Both the position numbers and the translations under genes were made by a program. A stretch of 64,000 nucleotides of DNA from the human T2T-CHM13v2.0 reference genome, Homo sapiens: NCBI RefSeq assembly GCF_009914755.1, contig NC_060932.1. One strand, given 5' to 3'. Shown here in pieces: positions 54,701 through 64,000 of this stretch; position 1 is the stretch's first letter, and the number at the start of each line of letters is the position of its first letter. The notes beneath the pieces are model-generated. The model was not told the DNA's origin and did no database searches. It worked only from the letters and a program-made list of their open reading frames with translations.

Positions 54701-55796
54701 TAGGATAGGTTGGCCATATTATTAACATTGCTTTTGCAAAAAGAAAAGTCGGCACAGCTTAGAAAAATACCAGAAGGGTTTCCTATAGCAGGCTATAGCC
54801 TCAGCTTACAATCACAGCACAGAAATCAATGTATCCACCACTGTCCAAGGACAAGCCACCTAATCCCAAAAGCAGCAAGTTCTAGATTTTGTAAGAAGTC
54901 ACTGGACTTTAGGTTCTCCAGGCCCCTGGTGGTCATTCAGTTCTAAGAGAAGCCAACAGCTCCAAATGGCACTGTAAACATCTTATTCTTTCAGAAGTCG
55001 TCTCAGGCTAGTAATCAGGAATCCTGTGTAGTTGGTTACCTTAAAAGTTACTTGCATCGGTAAGGGATAGGTGAGAGCTCAGAGAAGATGTCAATCCTAA
55101 TTATTTTCATCTCTACCCCTGCCTCAACGTGCATCCCAATTTCATTTCTATGCCTAGACTTTTTTGCAAGATTTAATAAAAATGGAATTTTACTCCTTTC
55201 TACATTATTCCCCGCCTCCCCACAAAAAATAGCTGTGGCCCTCAACTAGTACTACCAATTGTGTCCAAGATGCTTGTTATCCTAGAGTGACTTATTGATT
55301 ACAAAGTCACTTTCTGATGTTTATTATTATTATTTATAAATAGGAGCAATATGGTAATCTTGAGTTGAAGAAAATTGTTGCTGCTGTTTGGACGACACCA
55401 GGGATGAGGATTGACAGGGAAGAACCACACTCACCCTAGATGCCTCAGATGCCAGTCTCCATGAAGCCACTCATGAAAACTCTCCCTCCTCGACATGCTC
55501 AGAGGGGCTTTAGGGGCCAGTGACCAGTGGCTTCTTATCCAGCAGGACAGATGCAGCCACATGTTCACAAACAATACAGAGTAGAAGGTAGTCCACGTCC
55601 AAGAGGAAGGACTCACAACAAATGGAGAGGCCTTACAGGGAAAGGGCACAGCACATGGCAACTTAACAAAAGAAGGAGAGTTGGAATTGAGTGGAGGAGA
55701 TGGGTGGATTGTACCAGTCGGGGGGAAATTAATAAAGATTTTGAGACGAGAAAACTCTTAAACTCTGAGCCATTTAACATCTTCATTACAGTGATG

Positions 55797-56159
55797 ACTT
55801 CGTCCAGTAGGGCTGCTGTAACAAAATACTTTAGACTGGGTAATTTATAAACAACAGAAGTGTATTTCTGACAGTCCAAGAGTCTGGGAAGTCCAACATC
55901 AAGTTTCTGGCAGATTCAGTGTCTGGTGAAGACCCATTTGTCACAGTCAATGCTTTCCCACAACATCCTCATTGGGTAGAAGAAGCAAATTTGCCCCCTC
56001 AAGCTCTTGTAGAAGGCACCAATCCCATCTATCAAGCTGGACCCCTCAGAGCTAATCAACTCCTAAAGGCCCCACCTTTTAATACTATCACATTTGTGCT
56101 TAGGTTCAACATAGAAATTTGGAGGGACACATTTCATTCATTGCTATTCAAATCATAGC
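55797..56159 (-). mobile_element. MaLR LTR (MST-type)
   Basis: gggctgctgtaacaaaatactttagactgggtaatttataaacaacaga...attcaaatcatagca. Confidence 0.8.
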
Positions 56160-58296
56160 AAGTCAGCTGGTCACAAGGCCAGTCTCTTGACTTTTTAATT
56201 GAATGCTCTTTCAGAAAAGAGTAGACAAAGAACCTTTAACCAGTGTCTCAATTGCCAGAGGTAGGAAGTTTTGTAGTACATCGTTTTTTAAACATAAAAT
56301 GCTACTTGGGTAGTCCTATCTTTGGTGAGGTGTAGGGAGAAAAAGTGATTCAAAATCCCAGCAGATTTTGAATTCTGCTTTTTTACAACATGAGATAAAG
56401 TTTGAGCACTCTCACCCCTTGACTAATGGGACCACAACAGCTTCAGTCTGGGGAGCTCCCCTGCAGGATAAATAATCTATATATTGAACTGTGGAATGCA
56501 GGTCAAGGGCTACCAAAAAGAATTCGGAACCAAGTGCAGGAGCAAATCATAGAAATGACGTTTCTTCTCCTTCAGTCTTTAATCGTTCTTTTCCATAGGT
56601 CTTTGTGGTATTTTTTTCCTCTTTCATTCTTATCCATGAATAGTAAGGGTTTTTTCAATCAAATCTGGAAGAAAAACCTTATTTTGGATTGTGATCTCAC
56701 AAAGGTATAGATGAGAAGGGAAGTATGGGGTTAATTTAAATGATTTCAAAGGGTCTTTTTTGTTTTCTCTAAATGTTTCTCTTTTAAGAATGCATCCCTG
56801 AGTTATAAGCAGGTAGTCTTATCAAACTGGATAGGAATTGTGAGACACTCAAGTTAATGCTCTTGCAAAAAAGTAGGTCATAGGGAAACCTGATAGAAAT
56901 TGTGTCTGAAAGTGGGAACTGTGACATAATACCCAATTCACAAATAATATCACAATCACTTCAGAGCATCATAAGAAAACAGATGTCCTATGAACAAGAG
57001 GCTCCATTTCAGCACTGCTCCCTGTGGCCTCCCTCTGGGGGTTGCCAATAATAGTTAAATTATCGAAGGTTGAAATTTTATGTGAACCAAGTCCCTTCCC
57101 AGGTGTCTGTACAGCTTTGCCTATGCCATCAAGTTCCTGTCCTTTGAGAAATGCAGAGGACTGTTATTGTCAGTGGGTTATGCCCAGTGCTTCAGGGTAA
57201 ATTTCTTAATAATTGAGACCCCTGCCAGGCCTCCCACCTGGTCATCCAGCTAATGGAAGGGCAGCCTCGCCAGAGACTTGGCAGTGAACACCTTGTTCTG
57301 CTCACTGCCTTCCAAATAGCTGGTATAAATCTTCCAAGAGGCATGAGACCACCTCCAGCCCAGAAAATACCAACAGGGAAATGAAGGTGAAAACAATTGC
57401 TCTATTTAGGCAGAAATGTATATTTCTATATATAGAAGCCAAGATATTCCTCTCCCATCATGCAGCCATGAATGCGTATGTGTTGTGTAGGGGAACTATT
57501 CTTTAGGGGGAAAACCCAGTAATTGGCAGTATGCTATTATTATAATTAAAAGCCTCGTTAACTGGAACAAAGTTTATTCCTGCAGAAACTCAGAAGAGGG
57601 CAAGGTGGCTGCAAGTTCCACCTAGAAGTGTCAGCAGGCCTGAACTCGCCTTCCTCCTGTCCTCTCCTCTGACAGTCACAGGAAGCCTGAAACCCTTTTG
57701 ACACTCACCTCGGAGATGACAGATCCTCCCTGAAGACTCGACAGCGGCAAACAAATGCATTGTTCTCCTTGTCAACTCACTATTGAAAGGTGATCCACAG
57801 CGAGCTGCAATTGGCCTCATTTGTTAGTGTTAGCAAGTGCTAGGCTGAAAGCTCATTACCCTGAGAAAAGCAAAAGCCAAGAATAAGTTCCTGAAATCAG
57901 GCTACAGAATCAGAGACCTGTCAGCGAGGCCTGAGCGAAGGAAGGAACCACCTCCACTGGGTGAAGGAGCCCGTCTTGTCCCTGCCTCAGTTGGCCCCAT
58001 CCCCACCTCGAACATCTCCAGAAAATGGAATCACAGGGTATTGTGTATCGGGAATATGAATTTCAGTTTTCTTGTCCAGTTTTCTTTTCATCATTACACG
58101 TGGCCTCCCTATGGAGTGAGAGAGCCCACGGACTAGGACTCTTAGGAGCACTTTGAACTTGTGGCCCTCTGTGGCAGAAGTGATTGCTCCATCATCTGTG
58201 TCCCCATAAATCTCAAGCCCTTACCCATTTCAGCATTGCACATAGAACCGCATTGTGCAATGTGTATGGCTGCTGAGAACTTTATGAGTCAGGCTA

Positions 58297-58679
<383 letters not shown>

Positions 58680-58819
58680 TCAGGGGTTTTGAAGACAGAG
58701 ATGGGAGCATGGGATTTGGCCTGGGTTCAAAAGCTGGCTCTACTATATCCTCAAGGTCAACTGTCAAATCTTTCCAAGGTTCAATTTTCTACCCACACAA
58801 TAAGGAAAGGAGTAGAGGG

Positions 58820-59207
58820 TGTTATGGGCTGAATTGTGTCCTGCACCTAAAATTCATATGTTGAAGTCCTCACCTGCAGTGTCTCCGAATGCAACTTTAT
58901 TTGGATATAGGGTCTTTAGAAACATCATTAAGGTTAAATGAGGTCATCAGGGTGGGCCTTATTCTGATATGACTGATGTCCTTACAAGAAGAGGGAATTA
59001 GGAACCAGACAAGCACAGAGGGAGGACTATGTGAAGATAAGGGGAGGGCCATCTGCAAGCCAAGGAGAGGGGCCTCAGAAGAAACCTCCCCTTTCAAGAC
59101 CTTGGTCTTTAATTTGTAGCCTCCAGAATGGTAAGAAAATGAGTTTCTGTTGTTTAACCCACCCACACTGCAGAACTTTGTTATGACATCTCTAGTCAGT
59201 GAATACA
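58820..59207 (+). mobile_element. MaLR LTR (MLT1A/B/C-type)
   Basis: tgttatgggctgaattgtgtcc...aattcatatgttgaagtcct...tttgttatgacatc...gaataca. Confidence 0.85.
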
Positions 59208-59239
59208 GGAAGGTGTGAGCTAGGACCCCTTCAGCCCTA

Positions 59240-59400
59240 ACAATCCAGGCTTTTTGTTTATAACTTTGAGGATCACACACCCCTTTGAGAAGGTGCTGGA
59301 GGCTAGGGACCCTCTGGGAAAATGTGCATACACATACAAGTTTGCAAACCATTCAAAACCTCAGTGATCTAACTATGGTTCTTAATGCCCTAAGGCCCCT
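59240..59400. mobile_element. MER103-like DNA transposon remnant
   Basis: gatcacacacccctttgagaa...gaaaatgtgcatacacatacaagtttgca. Confidence 0.45.
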
Positions 59401-60606
59401 GGAAACTTGATTGATGATTGAGAAGGAGAAAGGGAATAAAATTCCAGGTGATAATGAGATGTTTCTGAAGAGGTAGGCCCTTCATGGCCTGGTCAGGTGA
59501 AAGAATTAAAATCTGGGGGAATAAATAATGCAACTCTCACTTCAACTCTTATTCCCTGAAAGGTACTTGAGTCCTTTATTCTAGGGGAGAAAAAATTTGA
59601 TTCTCAGATTCCTCAGATTTTTTTTATTATTATTATCATCTTTGGAGACATCAGAAAGAAGAGCCCCTCGGGGCATTTTTCTTACTTTATCAGCTTTGCT
59701 TAAAAACACAAATAAACGAGCCAAACTTGATATGCTATGATATTCAGGGACATAAGGGACATTTTTCTTTTCTGCCCACATCTAAAGAATGAAAGCATTT
59801 GGCCATCTCACTTTATTTGGAGGAAAATGGTATGTGATGGGCAAGGAAATGACGTGACTTAGATTATATTTCTAAAAATGTTTAGCCTTTTCAAAGTCAC
59901 AGCACTTTCAGAGAGAATTAAACACTCAGACTTTCACTAGAAAACTCTAAGTAAGACTTAACATGTTTCCTCTTATTTTTCCCACCCTGGTCACCCACTA
60001 ATGATCTAAAACTTAACATCACCACCTGTACTGGACATTTCTGTAGTATTCTCCTTTTTCCATCTCCCCCTTCCCCATTTCTTATTATGTAAAATTAGCA
60101 GGTTGAAAATATCTCTATGGCCCCTTTCAACTAAAACAAAATTCTATGATTTTATGATTCTCTGAATCCCAGTGCCACGGTAGCTCTAATTTCAGGCTTG
60201 TCTTTAATTCTTTGCTTTGCTTCATGGAGCAGGAGAATAGCTTATGTTGCAAAATGCATCCCAGAGAGTAGCGCCCCAGAGACCAAGAACAGGCCGAATG
60301 CAGGCATAGCTAACACAGCACTGCAGCCTGACAGGCTGGAGGAGGAGGGAGGGAGTCTTGTATGTTGATTGTGAAAAGCTTTGCTTGGCAATTTGGCTGT
60401 GCTGGTAATTATGGGAGGGAGGGTGACAGGGAGTTAAGTGATGGTGAAGATTTCTGTTAAGAGAGCTCTTCCGGGAGTTTCTCCCTAATTTACCTCTATT
60501 GAAGAATTGGGAGAGCTGGCGGAGCCTAGGATAAACCTTGCAGGGAGCAATTCAGCTTCCTTACCTGCCTAATTTTAGGAGATAACCATGATGTCTGAGC
60601 ACATTG

Positions 60607-60783
60607 CTTTTTTTTTCTTTTTCTTTCTTTCTTTTTCTTTCTTTCTTTGTTTTCTTTTTCTTTCTTTCTTTCTTTCTTTCTTCCTTCCTTCCATCCTTCC
60701 CTCCCTCCCTTCTTTCTTTTCTTTTCTTTCTTTCTTATCTTTCCTTTTATGTATTTATTTATTTTCTTTCTTTTTTTCTTTTT
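60607..60783. repeat. CT-rich polypyrimidine repeat (TTTC/TTCC)n
   Basis: Direct reading. Confidence 0.92.
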
Positions 60784-63629
60784 ACAATACTGGAAGAGAG
60801 CTTTCCATGAAATGCAAGGTCACTGACTCACCCTTAACCCTTCTTGTAACATGTCTTCTTAGGCAATCCTATCGGACAGAACCCAGGATAAGTCATGCAT
60901 AATTTAAAGAAATTTCATAGGAATTAAAAGAGATAACATGAGTGAATGTGATTTAAAGGTTGTCATATGTGAATCCACAAGGCAGGGGGTAGCAGAAGAA
61001 GCATTGGCTCTGTAGACAGAACTGGCTAAGATCTGGCTTTGCGTTTAGCACCTAGTAAGACCTTGCAACCAATCCTCTTTATGTCTTACTTTGCCTAACT
61101 TTAAAGCAGTGTAAAAGTTGTTATTGTAATAACAATTACAGGGTGACTCAGGGGTGGTATTAGTAATAGGAGTAGTAGTAATAATAATGATTCCCCTTCA
61201 AAAGGAAAATGAACCACACTCTCCAGAAACTTCAGCTTTATCCTTGGCGCTGATGGATTTTCTCCCTGAAGGCCTCTCTCCATGGAGTTAGCTGGGTCAA
61301 GAGTGTTCTGGTCACAATAGCTGCAAACGACATCTTCTAATTTCCAATACCGAACCCTGTTGCCACCTTTAAAATCGTTCATATGAAGAATCACCCACCC
61401 TGAGCCAACACGGAGTGATTTACCTTTTTTTATGGCTCCAGAGGGCATCTAAGAGGTGATGAAAGAAACTGGACAAACTTCTCTGAGACTGCCACAAAAA
61501 TAATCTCAACTCTTGAAGAAGTACAAATACTATATTTACAACTGTTATGGACATATAAATCCATGTTATAAAGACACAGTAGATATCTCTGGGTGATGGG
61601 AGTTGTGGATGATTTTTGGCATCTTCTCTATATTTTTCCCTATTTTTCACTTCAATGAGCATACATTTTTCTTTGGAAGGGACTGGCAATGATGTAAGGG
61701 CTAAGTATTTATCTTCCCTATTTAAGAAAATTAAGAAGACCCAAGAAGAAGCATGCACACACACACACGCGCGCGTGGGAATGCACGCATGCACACAAAT
61801 TGAGACACATACATCTGATTGAGGAAACTGGTTCCTTATGCCTAATTTCTTAACTTTCCTTCATGAGACAAAGGAAAACTGGAGCCTCAACTTTCCAGGC
61901 GGCTAATGGCCTTTTTAAAAATTCTGTGCTCTTCCAGTGACGTTATTTATTCTTTGGGTTAAGAAAAGAGAGACAAATAGAAAAAGAAAAAGTCCATAAC
62001 AATGCCCACGCCTGCTTCAAGGGGCAACTGGACCCTCACTGTTAACAGAGGAGGTGCCTGCGCGTCCAATTCTCCCTGAAAGCCAGCCCTGTTTTCTGTG
62101 CCTCATGGCAGACACATGAGTGATTTATTGCTCCTAACATCTCTTAGTTTGTAATAAAGTTTTCAGCAGCTCTTTTTAGCTGCTGCAACCTCTGCCCCTG
62201 CAAACACTCTCTCTTTCTCTTTTTCTCTCTCTCTTTCACACACACACACATTCTGACTTCACTTTGTTCTTTTTCCACATAATGTCAACTCATAAAGCTT
62301 TCATCAAGTCAACCAGGTGGAAAAATCCCTTTTGCTGAAAGAAGCCTTCATTCCGGTCTAGGTGGTGGAGGAGAGTCACTGGGCAGGAGAGGGGATCAGC
62401 AGACAAGGTGGGGAAGAGAAGAAAGTGTGCTGCTGATGGGAAAAGTTTTATGTGTGATGAGGTGAGTGCGAGCTTCACAGGGGCGTGCCTCTTGATGAAA
62501 GGGCTTCTCTCCTCTGCTTTCCCTGGTTGCCAACATCCACAGAAGCTGACAAATCTGTCATTGCAAGAATGGGGGATGGAATTCATAATATACGTATTCA
62601 AAGAAGTAGAGCTTTGGATCTAATACCTAATGATGATAAGATGGCATAAGTAAAGTCAGGAATTCTTCCCTTGCAGCACAGACCAGCCTCTTGTGAGGAG
62701 GTTGGCTTCCCCTTCCTTCCTCCCAGGATCCTCGCACCCCCTGGTTTCCATCTTCAGCCCTGCTACATCCTGCCAAGGTCACCCCTACCACAAGCCCCAT
62801 CCTGTTCCTTAGAGCCTTCTCAGCCCACTCATTTCACATTGGCTCCTAAGTACCCTAGAGCCATGTTGGAAGGAAAAGTGTTACTAGAAGAATAATATAC
62901 TTGGAGAAGGAAAGACTCAGAGAGATCAAGACTACAAGGAAAGGTAGAGTAAGATGTGTGAGGTCCTTTGTTTTCTCAAGGGCCAGTGTCAATACATAGG
63001 AGTTTAAGATTTGGGGAAAGGTTGAGTATTGCCAGAGCCCAGATCTCCCAGTTTTCCTTGCAAGAGGTTAATTTGACAGATACTCCCTGAATTCCTGCAA
63101 TCCTCATGAAAGCTCCATGGTACTTTATACATGGAGGGCTTCCAGTGCTCCTGTGAAGCACTGAACATTAACTTCACCCTTCCAGAGACTGGATGGAGAA
63201 GACTCTAGTCTCTGAGCTCTGATTTTTCCCTCCCTTACTCATGGTACTTAGTAAGGGCAGAGAATACCCACTGCTATGTAGCAAATTAACTTTTTCCCCA
63301 AGTCAGATCGTAAACAGAAAGCAAGATGCAGTGACGTGAATGCATGCAAATACCAAGAGACACAGCTTACATTAATGTGCTTGGAAATTCTGTTCTCTCT
63401 TCCCTCTACTCGAGTCCAGTACCGCAGCGAGATTTCCAAACGCTGATGTATGTAGCCAAACAGCATTCTACTTTTGTTGGAATTTTCTCCTTTTCTTTGA
63501 TTTCAGTAGTTTCATTATAATGTGTGGGGGTTTTTTTTAGGCGGGGGGAGGGCGTTTTTATTTATTCTACCTGGGGTTCATTGAGCTTCCTGATCTGTAA
63601 ATTTATGTCTTTCGTCAAATTTGGCGAAG

Positions 63630-63920
63630 TTTTTTTTGTTGTTGTTTTTGAGAGAGACTCTCTCTCTGTCATTTAGGTTGGAGTGTACTGGCACCATCTC
63701 GTCTCACTGCAGCCTCTGCCTCCCAGGCTCAAACGATTCTTCTGCCTCAGCCTACCATTACAGGCATGAGCCACCACACCTGGCTAATTTTTTGTATTTT
63801 TAGTAGAGACGGGGTTTCACAGTGTTGGCCAGGCTGGTCTCAAACTCCTCACCTCAGGTGATCCACTCGCCTTAGACTCCCAAAATGCTGGGATTACAAT
63901 GTGAGCCACTGTGCCCGAGC
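63630..63920 (-). mobile_element. Alu (internally deleted) inside an antisense L1M fragment (~63470-64000)
   Basis: Antisense Alu. TSD-like caaatttggcgaa / caaatttggcaaa. Flanks resemble L1 antisense ORF1. Confidence 0.9.
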
Positions 63921-64000
63921 AAATTTGGCAAATTTTTAAATCATTCTTTCAATTTTATTTTCCTGCTCCATTCTCTCTCGCCTCTCCTTCTGATACTTCA

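Noticed and set aside
58897-59352. 151-aa minus-strand ORF
   Set aside because: It lies in an MLT1 LTR and adjacent repeat sequence.
60588-60902. Phe/Leu/Ser-rich membrane-protein-like ORFs
   Set aside because: These are translations of the CT-rich simple repeat.

Overview
This is primate (very probably human) genomic DNA. It contains the last three coding exons, 3' UTR and polyA signal of KCNU1 (SLO3, the sperm-specific pH/voltage-gated K+ channel) on the + strand (7014-7208, 8983-9095, 11578-11983; AATAAA 12168-12173). About 52 kb of intergenic DNA follows: a dense block of nested L1/Alu/LTR/DNA-transposon fossils (~14.6-41 kb), then a distal region where repeat-free, homeobox/TCF/SOX-motif-rich islands alternate with SINEs. 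The most striking observation is that the last KCNU1 intron has no canonical donor: it reads AAG|GGGAGT, not AAG|GTGAGT. An in-frame stop, an intronic AATAAA and a 50-bp near-perfect hairpin lie just downstream. Other points of interest are a fully palindromic 30-bp minisatellite of D-box-like sites downstream of the gene, a candidate alternative in-frame exon in the upstream intron, and several candidate developmental enhancers. Nearly all other listed ORFs derive from repeats or chance. Repeat subfamily names and boundaries were assigned by eye and are approximate. I see no evidence of a new multi-gene system.
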